The notes under the pieces: generated by a model | The model's input: only the letters and a program-made list of their open reading frames with translations | What the model was told of the DNA's origin: nothing | The model's database searches: none | NCBI GenBank assembly: GCA_001766815.1 | Contig: LYOS01000006.1 | Location: 20,147-52,146, forward strand | Direction: 5' to 3' | Length of the DNA: 32,000 nucleotides | Source: Candidatus Syntropharchaeum caldarium | GTDB taxonomy: Archaea; Halobacteriota; Syntropharchaeia; Syntropharchaeales; Syntropharchaeaceae | In this document: piece by piece, positions 1 to 8,245 of the stretch | Position numbering within the stretch: the first letter of the stretch is position 1 | How the letters are laid out: the number at the start of each line of letters is the position of its first letter | Program-made: the position numbers and the translations under genes

Positions 1-361
1 CATATTCAGAAAAACCACCATCATAGCTAAATCCCAATATCGAGATATTTTCACAGAGATTGGATCTACCCTGCACACAGTACCAGCACCTTCCACAGGC
101 AAACCCAGGTGCAACCTGTATCCGTTCTCCTTCCAGAACCTCTGTGACCTCCCTTCCGACCTCGACAACCGTACCTGCAACCTCGTGCCCGAGAATTCTT
201 GGTAGCACAAGATCTCGCTGCCCCTGAGTGTACATCTTGAGATCAGTCCTGCATATCGTGGCTGCTCCGACTCTTAGAAGAACCTCGCGTGCGCCACAGG
301 TAGGTGTATCCACATCTTCAATCTCAAGATTGCCTATTCCATGAAGAACCGCAGCCCTCAT
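1..361 (-). CDS. Zn-dependent alcohol dehydrogenase, MDR family (N-terminal ~120 aa only; the gene runs off the window start)
   Basis: Absent from the ORF track because there is no stop in the window. My minus-strand translation from ATG 361..359 reads MRAAVLHGIGNLEIEDVDTP...LGHEVAGTVVEVG...CGRCWYCVQGRSNLC. It has the GHE catalytic-Zn motif and the CxxCxxCx7C structural-Zn motif. The ATG overlaps the stop of the upstream gene (ATGA). Confidence 0.8.
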   Translation of the reverse strand, partial: MRAAVLHGIGNLEIEDVDTPTCGAREVLLRVGAATICRTDLKMYTQGQRDLVLPRILGHEVAGTVVEVGREVTEVLEGERIQVAPGFACGRCWYCVQGRSNLCENISILGFSYDGGFSEY

Positions 362-1455
362 AACCCTGCAGCCTTTAACACAATCCCAAAACGCTCTTCA
401 CCAGTTGTGGGATCTCTGTTTTGCTCACACACCCATTTTTTGAGTGTATCGATCGGTTTACCACTTTGAATTAGTTCTCTTGCCATCAAAACTCCCTCTT
501 CAAGGTCTTTTACCATATCAGTGATATAGAGAATCGGTGCAGTGTTTGCTACAACGATATCCTCTCTTGCACCGTCCTCGATACCTGAGAGTATGCGAAG
601 AAATGTCAGAGCAGCATCCTCTCTTGATGGAAGCGGCATGATTGCATCTTCACTCGATCTTGCAATCCCAAGCTCTTCTGGTGTGATCGTATAACTTGAG
701 ATCCCACCATCCTCATCAAGCTCACCGATTGTGGTCTCTCCAAGCGTTGAGATCTCATCCATGCCACGGCTACCGTCGTTGTTTTTGCCATGAAATACAA
801 GTGCACGCTTATATCCAATCTCTCGCATCACCTGGAGGACGGATTCAATCATCTCCTCTGAATAAACGCCCCTTACGCCATAGCTTGGAAGTGCAGGATT
901 TGCAAGCGAGGCTGCGATATTGAGTGTTGTTCCAAAGTGGATCTTTGAGAGGATTCGAAAGAGTGCATATGGATGAACCTCAGGACTCATACCGTTGAAA
1001 AGACCAATCCCTGCACTTTCGATGCTTTTTTTGACAAGCTCGACCGGGCACTCAACGTCCACCCCAACCGCCTCAGCGAGATCGACCGCACCACAACTTG
1101 AGGTGATCGCCCGTGCACCGTGTTTTGCCATGTAGATCCCTGCCGATGCTGCAATGACCGATGCAGGGGTGCTGATATTGAATGTCTTCAGGAGATCCAT
1201 CCCCGTCCCGCAGTTATCAACCAGCGGTCCAACAGATGGTGTGACCTTCACGGTATCAAGCTCATAGATCGCCTCCCATGAGCCTGCAATCTCCTCAGGG
1301 GTCTCACCCTTTGTGACAAGTGCTGCCAGAAAAGCCCCCTGCTCCATCTCCTCAACCTCATCACGGAGCACAACCTCAAACATCACCCGTGCCTCGCTGC
1401 GTGTGAGGTTGGAGCCACGTACAATATCCATGATCTTCGAGCCAAACGACTCCAT
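358..1455 (-). CDS. TrpD-like glycosyl transferase family 3 protein (anthranilate phosphoribosyltransferase paralogue)
   Basis: ORF 358..1521, trimmed to the internal Met (MESFGSK). The trimmed start sits 2 nt downstream of the cobT stop. It has TrpD-like motifs CGTGMDLLKTFNISTPASVIAASAG and AKHGARAITSSCGAVDLAEAVG. The canonical GTGGDG loop reads GTGMDL here. Confidence 0.75.
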   Translation of the reverse strand: MESFGSKIMDIVRGSNLTRSEARVMFEVVLRDEVEEMEQGAFLAALVTKGETPEEIAGSWEAIYELDTVKVTPSVGPLVDNCGTGMDLLKTFNISTPASVIAASAGIYMAKHGARAITSSCGAVDLAEAVGVDVECPVELVKKSIESAGIGLFNGMSPEVHPYALFRILSKIHFGTTLNIAASLANPALPSYGVRGVYSEEMIESVLQVMREIGYKRALVFHGKNNDGSRGMDEISTLGETTIGELDEDGGISSYTITPEELGIARSSEDAIMPLPSREDAALTFLRILSGIEDGAREDIVVANTAPILYITDMVKDLEEGVLMARELIQSGKPIDTLKKWVCEQNRDPTTGEERFGIVLKAAGL

Positions 1456-1457
1456 CC

Positions 1458-2519
1458 TCACTCCTCCCTGTTTGAGACACCAGCTTCCTCGAATGTTGCC
1501 ATCTCGCACAAAATCTTGCATGCTGCCTCGACGATCCCCATCGAAAGCGCAGCCCCGGTTCCTTCCCCAAGACGCAGGTCAAGATCGAGTACAGGCCTTA
1601 AGTTCAGGTGTTCGATGATTGCCCTGTGCCCTTTTTCAACCGATGAGTGCCCTGCAATCATGTAATCTCTGCTCTGCGGGGCAAGTTCTGCTGCAATAAG
1701 CGCGCCTGTACCTGATATGAAACCATCGACAACAATAGGGACCCTGTGAGAGGCTGCTGCAAGCATGGCACCTGCAATCCCACCAATCTCAAACCCGCCG
1801 ACCTTTGATAGCACATCAATCGGATCTGATGGATCAGGGTTGTTCAGCGAGATCGCCTGCTTTATCAACCTGATCTTATTGAGAAGCCCCTCATCATCCA
1901 CGCCTGTGCCCCTTCCTGTAACTTCTTCTGGTGGACGGCCAGTTATAACCGCTGTGATCGCACTTGAAGGGGTTGTATTTCCAATTCCCATATCTCCAAG
2001 AGCTACAATATCAACCCCTTTTGCATATTCAGATTCAAATACCTCTATGCCTGCTTTTATCGATTTGATCGCTTCATCTATTGTCATTGCAGGTTCTTTT
2101 GCCATATTTTTCGTTCCAAATCCGATCTTCTTAACAACAAGTGCTGGATTGGGTTCAAACTCTGCTGCAACACCCATATCAACGATGACAACCCTTGCTC
2201 CCACATGACGGGCCAGCACATTTATTCCCGCACCACCTGCAATGAAGTTATATATCATCTGCGGTGTGACATCCTTTGGATAGGCGCTCACCCCATCTTC
2301 AGTCACACCATGATCTCCAGCCATCGTGATTACGACTTTGTTATTGAATGGAGGTGGTACCGCCTCACCTTTAATTCCTGCAACTCGAATTGATAACTCT
2401 TCAAGAAAACCGAGACTGCCTGTGGGTTTGGTGAGCACATTCTGCCTTGCCTGGGCCTCACGCATTGCATCGCTGTTTAGCGGTTCTATCTTTTCTATGA
2501 CCTTCGCTATATCATTCAT
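1458..2519 (-). CDS. cobT: nicotinate-nucleotide--dimethylbenzimidazole phosphoribosyltransferase
   Basis: The 353-aa ORF reads LTKPTGSLGFLEEL...MAGDHGV...DMGIGNTT...GEGTGA along its full length, which I recognise as CobT family. Confidence 0.9.
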   Translation of the reverse strand: MNDIAKVIEKIEPLNSDAMREAQARQNVLTKPTGSLGFLEELSIRVAGIKGEAVPPPFNNKVVITMAGDHGVTEDGVSAYPKDVTPQMIYNFIAGGAGINVLARHVGARVVIVDMGVAAEFEPNPALVVKKIGFGTKNMAKEPAMTIDEAIKSIKAGIEVFESEYAKGVDIVALGDMGIGNTTPSSAITAVITGRPPEEVTGRGTGVDDEGLLNKIRLIKQAISLNNPDPSDPIDVLSKVGGFEIGGIAGAMLAAASHRVPIVVDGFISGTGALIAAELAPQSRDYMIAGHSSVEKGHRAIIEHLNLRPVLDLDLRLGEGTGAALSMGIVEAACKILCEMATFEEAGVSNREE

Positions 2520-2527
2520 AAAATGTC

Positions 2528-2550
2528 ATTTTAAAGAAGTAAATTTAAAT
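2528..2550 (-). promoter_or_regulatory. AT-rich TATA-like elements upstream of cobT
   Basis: attttaaag and atttaaat lie about 10-30 nt upstream of the cobT ATG (2519) in a 66-nt intergenic gap. They fit an archaeal BRE/TATA and a short or leaderless 5' end. This rests on sequence pattern only. Confidence 0.3.
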
Positions 2551-2585
2551 GTTTGGAATTGTAATACAGTTGTAATGTGATCTGG

Positions 2586-2981
2586 TCATCTAATATTTGC
2601 TTCCAGATGCATAACATATTTATGGAGGCTCTCAACGTCTTTTATCTCTTTTTTAACAAGTGATCTGAGCATTCCCCTCAACCTGCAATCTGGAATGATG
2701 CCCAGTGAACGGATGTATCGTGAGAGGAGTGATGTCATGCGATCTCCGCCACGATCCCAGTCTGTTAAAAGAATCACATCTCTTGTACTCCTGCAAACAG
2801 CTTCACTGAAGTCGAGTAGCGGCATCTGCGAGACCACCATGATCGAATCTCTTATCCCAAGCTCCAGCAGCGATTCTCTATCCTTCTTGCCTTCAACGAT
2901 GAGGACAGCGCCATCTTCAAGTCGCGTATCGATCTCATCAAGCAGCTTATGGATCTGTAAAAGTCTCTCCTGCCTGTTCAT
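2586..2981 (-). CDS. small Toprim-domain protein (archaeal UPF0292-like)
   Basis: The 131-aa ORF has LIVEGKKDRESL (the Toprim Glu) and ILLTDWDRGGDRM (DxD-type acidic cluster). Confidence 0.75.
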   Translation of the reverse strand: MNRQERLLQIHKLLDEIDTRLEDGAVLIVEGKKDRESLLELGIRDSIMVVSQMPLLDFSEAVCRSTRDVILLTDWDRGGDRMTSLLSRYIRSLGIIPDCRLRGMLRSLVKKEIKDVESLHKYVMHLEANIR

Positions 2982-2999
2982 GGTATCACAGCCAACGAA

Positions 3000-3302
3000 T
3001 CACTTTATTAATCTCCTTTTTATATCATCCTTTCTGATCCCTTTTAATTCTATCGTTTTGCGCCTGCTCTTTGCACCCCTGATGATCCTGATACCAGAGC
3101 GCTCCACCTCAAAGACATCTGCAAGAAAGAGAATTATGGCATCATTTGCCATCCCACGCTCCGCCCTTGCATCAATCTTCACCTCAAACGCACTTCGCCA
3201 CTCATTGTACACGATCTCACGCTTCTTTGCACCTGGTGTCACGTAAACCTCGATGGTAACTCCCTCCTCTTTCTCGCATATCGCATTCTCAAACGCACCC
3301 AT
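3000..3302 (-). CDS. DUF167 / YggU-family protein
   Basis: ORF 3000..3341, trimmed to MGAFENA. That ATG overlaps the upstream stop by 1 nt (TGATG at 3304..3300). The body (IEVYVTPGAKKREI...KIDARAERGMANDAIILFLADVF...IIRGAKSRRKTIEL) matches the DUF167 pattern (PGAK...G.AN..L..FLA...G..SR.K). Confidence 0.7.
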   Translation of the reverse strand: MGAFENAICEKEEGVTIEVYVTPGAKKREIVYNEWRSAFEVKIDARAERGMANDAIILFLADVFEVERSGIRIIRGAKSRRKTIELKGIRKDDIKRRLIK

Positions 3303-4063
3303 CAGAAGAACCTCGATAGCAGCGAACGCTCTGATAAACATTTATCCTGCAACAAACAGGTCTCACACAGCTCTGAGTCGAGTCTATCGGGTATCACACC
3401 ACCCTTTATACGTCTCATCATCTTAAGCACTTTAAGAACATGTCTTCGATCAGACTCCCTGATTTTAACCACTCGAACCTCTCCTTCCCTGATATATTCA
3501 ACAAATCCTGTATCAATCACATCGCCTGTATCATCCTCAAGCAGGATCGCATAAGCTGTAACCCGCATTCGATCATCCTTCCATATCCCATTCTCTGGCA
3601 TTCTCCCAGTTTTAATGATAACAGGTGTAGTAACGCCATCAGAATGTTCAAGAACCTTGTCTGGCGAGCCTGAAAGAGAGAATCGCTTGGATGAGAGGAA
3701 ACGCCCGATTTCAATGCTATCAACTACCATATCCACATAAAAGCTTCGGATACGTTCTGCAATTGCCATAATTCGCTCAGAGCATGAGATAATGCGCTCC
3801 CTGAACGCGTTAAAAACTTCGGGCTCGATCGATCCAGTTCGTTCACGGTAGATCACACTGATATCATCAAGCAGAAGCTCGATCATCTCTTCAGTCACAT
3901 CAATCTCGCTGATCTGATAGGATAGTTCTTTGTAGAACAGGTTATCAAGGAGTTGCTCAGACTCGGGGGCTACCTGGATGCCCTGATAATGCAGATAAAG
4001 CTTCTTCGGGCACGTGAGGTAAATCGGTATCTCAGAAACTTTCAGTTGAATATCAGCCTCCAT
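3302..4063 (-). CDS. Cas4-like / RecB-family PD-(D/E)xK protein with a 4-Cys cluster (stand-alone, no CRISPR)
   Basis: The 253-aa ORF has an N-terminal Cys (YLTCPKKLYL) and a C-terminal CETCLLQDKC, giving the Cas4/DUF83 C...CxxCx5C arrangement. The central GSPDKV...PVIIKTG...RVTAYAILL segment aligns with RecB motifs II, III and QxxxY. Confidence 0.65.
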   Translation of the reverse strand: MEADIQLKVSEIPIYLTCPKKLYLHYQGIQVAPESEQLLDNLFYKELSYQISEIDVTEEMIELLLDDISVIYRERTGSIEPEVFNAFRERIISCSERIMAIAERIRSFYVDMVVDSIEIGRFLSSKRFSLSGSPDKVLEHSDGVTTPVIIKTGRMPENGIWKDDRMRVTAYAILLEDDTGDVIDTGFVEYIREGEVRVVKIRESDRRHVLKVLKMMRRIKGGVIPDRLDSELCETCLLQDKCLSERSLLSRFF

Positions 4064-4103
4064 CAGTGAGGTTATAGATTTAAAGAATAAAGAGCTATCG
4101 AAA

Positions 4104-5360
4104 ATGATGAATATCTCACTGAATTACGGGCAGACGACATATAACATAGATGTGCCTGATGAGAACCTCCAGGCGATTCTGCTACCAGATGAGGTTCTGA
4201 AAGTGCCTGATGAAGCGGGTGCGATAAGAGACGCACTTCTAAATCCGATTGGGACAAAAAAGCTTTCTGAAATTGCTGTAAACCGCAAAGACGCAGTTAT
4301 TATCGTGAGCGATATCACACGACCCGTGCCATCACATAAACTTCTTCCACCGCTTATAGATGAACTCGTAGCAGGGGGGCTTGATACAGAAGATATAACC
4401 ATTGTTTTTGCACTTGGATCGCATAGAAACCAGACAGACGAGGAGAAACGCCGTATTCTTGGTGATGAGATCTTTGAAAAGATCAGGTGTATCGAGCATG
4501 ATGTCAATGATTGCATCCAGATCGGCAGGACAGCTTCAGGGACGGTTGTTGAGATCTTCAGGCCGGTTGTGGAGGCGGATCTCAGGGTATGCACAGGTTC
4601 GATCGAGGTTCATTACTTTGCGGGATACACAGGCGGCTTAAAGTCGATCCTGCCAGGGGTTTCATCGATGCGGACGATCGAGGAGAATCATCGTATGTTG
4701 CTCCAGGAGGATGCCAGAGGCGGTAATATCAATGGGCCGATCAGGCGTGATATAGAGGAAGCAGGACGGATGCTTGGGGTTGATTTTATCCTGAATGTTG
4801 TTTTAAACAGCAAAAAAAATATCGTGAAGGTTGTTGCGGGTGACCCAGTAGAAGCCCACAGAGCAGGGATTGAGGTTGTTGATCGGATGTACAAAACACC
4901 TGTGCAGCCATCAGATATCGTGATAGCCTCGGCTGGGGGATATCCAAAGGATTTGAACCTGTATCAGGCGCATAAAGCACTTGAAAATGCTTCAAATGCG
5001 GTAAAAGATGGTGGGACGCTGATACTTCTTGCCGAATGTATGGAGTGCTTTGCAAACTCAGAATTTGAGCGATGGCTGGCAGAGGCGGATATTCCACGCG
5101 ACCTGCTCGATCGACTGGGGTGCGAATTCAGGATCGGGGGGCATAAGGCAGCGTGTATCGCGAGATTTCTTGAACGTGGGGAGGTTGTGCTTGTATCATC
5201 AATGGATGATGAGGACGTGAAGCAGGCGTTTATGAGACCTTCAGCATCTGTGGCAGAGGCGCTTGATTATGCACTGACCAAACATGGAAAGGATGCTTCG
5301 ATCATTGTGATACCGTATGGTGGGTCGACCCTGCCTGTTGCAGGAGGGAAAGAAAATTAA
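4104..5360 (+). CDS. larA: nickel-pincer-dependent lactate racemase family protein (LarA/DUF2088)
   Basis: The 418-aa ORF has VSDITRPVP, ALGSHR, IEVHYFAGYTGG and a C-terminal HKAA region, which are LarA family hallmarks as I recall them. Confidence 0.8.
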   Translation: MMNISLNYGQTTYNIDVPDENLQAILLPDEVLKVPDEAGAIRDALLNPIGTKKLSEIAVNRKDAVIIVSDITRPVPSHKLLPPLIDELVAGGLDTEDITIVFALGSHRNQTDEEKRRILGDEIFEKIRCIEHDVNDCIQIGRTASGTVVEIFRPVVEADLRVCTGSIEVHYFAGYTGGLKSILPGVSSMRTIEENHRMLLQEDARGGNINGPIRRDIEEAGRMLGVDFILNVVLNSKKNIVKVVAGDPVEAHRAGIEVVDRMYKTPVQPSDIVIASAGGYPKDLNLYQAHKALENASNAVKDGGTLILLAECMECFANSEFERWLAEADIPRDLLDRLGCEFRIGGHKAACIARFLERGEVVLVSSMDDEDVKQAFMRPSASVAEALDYALTKHGKDASIIVIPYGGSTLPVAGGKEN

Positions 5361-5455
5361 AGGTTTTCCAAGAGCGCCAATTTTGATGCAGCGAGAAGAG
5401 AGGATACTCATAGTGCTCTTTGTGATCGCGATCCTGATGCTTGTTATGATCTACA

Positions 5456-6328
5456 TTATATAAGATTCACACCCACAATAGCACCCTCTCCCACTGCGCT
5501 TGCAACCTGTCTTACCCCACCTGTTATATCTCCACAGGCGAATACATGCTCTACACTCGTTCTGCAGCCAGAATCAACCTTTATGAAACCTCTATCATCA
5601 AGTTCAATCCCCAGATTAGATGCAAGCTCGTTGTTTGGAACTGATCCTGCTTCAACAAATATCCCGTCAACCCGCTCTCTGGTCAACTCTCCCTCAAAAC
5701 GGTAACAGATTCCTTCGACAAACTCATCTCCGTATATCTCAATCGGCTCAACTCCCGTCAGAATCTCAACCCCTCTCGCCTCAAGTTCCCTGAGATATAT
5801 CGCCTCTGCCCGAAGTCGTTTCTTTGTACAGAGTACCTTAACATTGCTGAAATTTGAGAGATAGTATGCTGCTTTGGCTGCTCCGTTACCATATCCTATA
5901 ACCACTACAACCCGATCCCTGAAAAGCGCACCGTCACAGACTGCACAGTAAGATACACCACGATGCAAAAGCTTCTCCTCGCCTGGTATACCAAGTCTCC
6001 CAGGATGTGCACCTGTGGCGATCACAAGTGCTCTTGCCTCATAGACTTCTTTATCTGTCTTTGCTCTGAAAAACTCACCTTCGTTTTCAAGCTTGAGGAC
6101 ACGGGATGTGACGATCTCAGTCCCCCATCTCTTAGCCTGTTCTTCCATTTTGGTGGCAAGTTCCATCCCTTCTCCTTCAAACCCTGGATAGTTCTCGATC
6201 CTGCCACACTTTGCAAGCTGGGAATCAAATTTATCACCGATCACAAGTGCCTTTTTACCACCACGTGATACATAGATCGCGGTAGTTAAACCTGCTGGAC
6301 CTGCCCCCACAATGACCACATCATACAT
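5456..6328 (-). CDS. trxB: thioredoxin-disulfide reductase-like flavoprotein
   Basis: ORF 5456..6433, trimmed to MYDVVIVGAGPAGLTTAIY (GxGxxG FAD motif at the N-terminus). It has the redox-active CAVCDG motif, a second dinucleotide motif VVVIGYGNGAAKAA, and a C-terminal GDITGG. Confidence 0.85.
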   Translation of the reverse strand: MYDVVIVGAGPAGLTTAIYVSRGGKKALVIGDKFDSQLAKCGRIENYPGFEGEGMELATKMEEQAKRWGTEIVTSRVLKLENEGEFFRAKTDKEVYEARALVIATGAHPGRLGIPGEEKLLHRGVSYCAVCDGALFRDRVVVVIGYGNGAAKAAYYLSNFSNVKVLCTKKRLRAEAIYLRELEARGVEILTGVEPIEIYGDEFVEGICYRFEGELTRERVDGIFVEAGSVPNNELASNLGIELDDRGFIKVDSGCRTSVEHVFACGDITGGVRQVASAVGEGAIVGVNLI

Positions 6329-6444
6329 ACGAGATTCACCCTGAGAAGAATCACACTTTGTGATATATGGCTTTTGTGTCGATCTCGGAAAGTTTTTTAA
6401 GAGCGTCCTTCCAAAGTGATAGCAGTACTTCATGGAGGTTCACA

Positions 6445-6579
6445 ATGGTAGAAATGTCAGATGAGCAAAAAAGATTGAAAGCTCAGGCATGTCGAGATGA
6501 GATCGGAGATAAATTTCCGATGAGTACCTGTATCAATCACTGCCCGCTCTATGAGATCTGTAAAGATTTGCCGAGGTAG
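6445..6579 (+). CDS. putative 44-aa Cys4 small protein
   Basis: This is the internal Met of track ORF 6367..6579: MVEMSDEQKRLKAQACRDEIGDKFPMSTCINHCPLYEICKDLPR. GGAGGT (6434..6439) lies 5 nt upstream of the ATG. There are four Cys (C-x13-C-x3-C-x6-C). The stop overlaps the first 10 nt of tRNA-Ser. No homology was recognised. Confidence 0.3.
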   Translation: MVEMSDEQKRLKAQACRDEIGDKFPMSTCINHCPLYEICKDLPR

Positions 6580-6655
6580 CCAAGCGGCCTACGGCGCTGG
6601 TCTTGAAAACCAGTGGGGCTTACGTCCCGCAAGGGTTCAAATCCCTTCCTCGGCG
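6570..6655 (+). tRNA. tRNA-Ser (anticodon UGA), class II with long variable arm, no encoded CCA
   Basis: I folded it by hand. Acceptor GCCGAGG (6570-6576) pairs with CCTCGGC (6648-6654), and the discriminator is G6655. Anticodon stem is CTGGT/ACCAG with loop CTTGAAA (anticodon TGA at 6604-6606). Variable-arm hairpin is GGGGC-TTAC-GTCCC. The T arm is AAGGG-TTCAAAT-CCCTT. Confidence 0.93.
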
Positions 6656-6673
6656 TCTGAATAAAGGCATTTT

Positions 6674-8245
6674 GTGAACGTGAGATTTATAAAACCTGAT
6701 GGTAAGAGTGAGACGATGACCTATTATCCTGATGTACTTCGTGGAGAATCAGTGCGGATATTTGATACAACACTGCGTGATGGAGAACAGACGCCAGGTA
6801 TCGCATTTACGCTCGAGGAAAAGGTTGAGATAGCACGTCAGCTTGACAAACTCGGAGTGGATGTGATTGAAGCAGGCTTTCCAATATCCTCGCATGACGA
6901 ACAGACCGCAGTTAAAACAATCACGAAAGAAGGTTTTGATGCGACGATATGCGGGCTTGCTCGGGTTATACGGGAAGATATAGACGCATGCATCGATGCA
7001 GATGTGGATATGGTGCACGTTTTTGTCTCAACCTCTGATATACAGCGTGAAACTACGATCATGAAGAGCAGGGACGAGGTCTGTGAGATCTCGGTTGAGT
7101 CTGTGGAGTATGTGAAGAGTCATGGCGTTCAGTGCCTCTTCTCTGCGATGGATGCAAGCCGTACAGATCTGGATTATCTCATCAGGATATTTAAGCTTGT
7201 TGAGGAAGCGGGTGTTGATGCAATCAATGTACCTGATACTGTCGGAGTGCTGGTGCCATCCATGATGTACAATCTGATGAGCCAGATACGGGAAAATATA
7301 ACGGTACCACTGGATGTTCACTGCCACAATGACTTTGGACTGGCTGTTGCAAACACTCTGATGGCCGTAGAAGCTGGGGCGCGCCAGGTACAGGTTGCAA
7401 TAAACGGTCTCGGCGAGCGGGCGGGTAATGCCAACCTTGCAGAGGTTGTGATGAGTCTCCATTCGATATACGGTGCAAAGACCGGTATTCGAACCGAGTA
7501 TCTCTACGAGACATCAAAGATCCTTGAGCGGTTAACAGGAATGCACATCCTGCCAAATACACCGATCGTGGGGGAGAACGCATTCTCGCACGAATCTGGT
7601 ATCCATGCACATGGTGTCCTCAAGGCAAGCGCGACGTTTGAACCGGGAATCATGACCCCAGAGATGGTGGGGCACAAACGAAGGATCGTTGTTGGCAAAC
7701 ACACAGGTGCACACGCAGTCGCCGAGAAGCTTAATGATGTCGGGATCGAGGTTACACAAGAGCAACTTGAAGAGATACTTAATCGAGTAAAAGAAGTCGG
7801 TTCAAAGGGAAAAATGGTGACAGATGCGGATCTTTACACGATAGCAGAGGTTGTTCTTGGCGAACTTGGTGAACAGGAGCAGGTGCTCAAGCTGAAGGAA
7901 CTATCCGTCATGACAGGAACATGTATGACATCGACTGCGGTTGTACGTGCCATAGTTCGCGGCAAAGAGCGTGCTGTTGCTGAGATCGGCGTTGGTCCTG
8001 TTGATGCCGCCCTGAACGCTGTTAAGAGTCTTTTTAGCGAGTTTGAGACGGTCAAGCTCAGGGACCTCAGGATCGACGCAATAACCGGTGGTTCTGATGC
8101 GCTTGCTGATGTGATGATCGCTGTAGAGGATGAGAAAGGGAGAATTGTGACCGCTCGTGGTGTGCGTGAGGATATTGTCCTTGCGTCGGTTGATGCGCTT
8201 GTTTCTGGTATAAACCGGTTGTTTTTCAGAAAGAAGAGGAATTAA
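6674..8245 (+). CDS. 2-isopropylmalate synthase / (R)-citramalate synthase family enzyme with C-terminal LeuA-type regulatory domain
   Basis: It has [30 protein letters not shown] and HESGIHAHG (DRE-TIM metallolyase core), plus the C-terminal [12 protein letters not shown]...[11 protein letters not shown] domain. LeuA and CimA cannot be told apart by eye. The start is either GTG 6674 or ATG 6716. Confidence 0.85.
   Translation: MNVRFIKPDGKSETMTYYPDVLRGESVRIFDTTLRDGEQTPGIAFTLEEKVEIARQLDKLGVDVIEAGFPISSHDEQTAVKTITKEGFDATICGLARVIREDIDACIDADVDMVHVFVSTSDIQRETTIMKSRDEVCEISVESVEYVKSHGVQCLFSAMDASRTDLDYLIRIFKLVEEAGVDAINVPDTVGVLVPSMMYNLMSQIRENITVPLDVHCHNDFGLAVANTLMAVEAGARQVQVAINGLGERAGNANLAEVVMSLHSIYGAKTGIRTEYLYETSKILERLTGMHILPNTPIVGENAFSHESGIHAHGVLKASATFEPGIMTPEMVGHKRRIVVGKHTGAHAVAEKLNDVGIEVTQEQLEEILNRVKEVGSKGKMVTDADLYTIAEVVLGELGEQEQVLKLKELSVMTGTCMTSTAVVRAIVRGKERAVAEIGVGPVDAALNAVKSLFSEFETVKLRDLRIDAITGGSDALADVMIAVEDEKGRIVTARGVREDIVLASVDALVSGINRLFFRKKRN

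Noticed and set aside
358-1521. N-terminal extensions of track ORFs 358..1521, 3000..3341, 5456..6433, 12666..13394, 16520..17698, 19382..20533 and 25108..26703.
   Set aside because: The extensions run into or across neighbouring genes and have no family-like sequence. Internal starts restore typical N-termini (for example GxGxxG right at the start) and, in several cases, classic ATGA or TGATG coupling overlaps.
1765-2208. Long antisense ORFs in the track. Examples are 1765..2208(+), 2695..3246(+), 4124..4594(-), 7028..7462(-), 11039..11677(-), 12836..13327(-), 15656..16165(-), 24767..25114(-) and 25221..25619(-).
   Set aside because: Each lies entirely inside, and antisense to, a gene with clear family motifs. 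Their translations are low-complexity Ser/Pro/Arg/Ile-rich shadows with no recognisable motifs.
2586-4063. Possible CRISPR-Cas locus, because of the Cas4-like gene.
   Set aside because: I could see no direct-repeat/spacer array and no other cas gene anywhere in the 32 kb. Stand-alone Cas4-like genes are common in archaea.
4104-5360. larA without larB, larC or larE nearby, considered as an anomaly.
   Set aside because: LarA homologues are frequently unlinked from the NPN-cofactor synthesis genes. Their absence from a 32-kb window is not informative.
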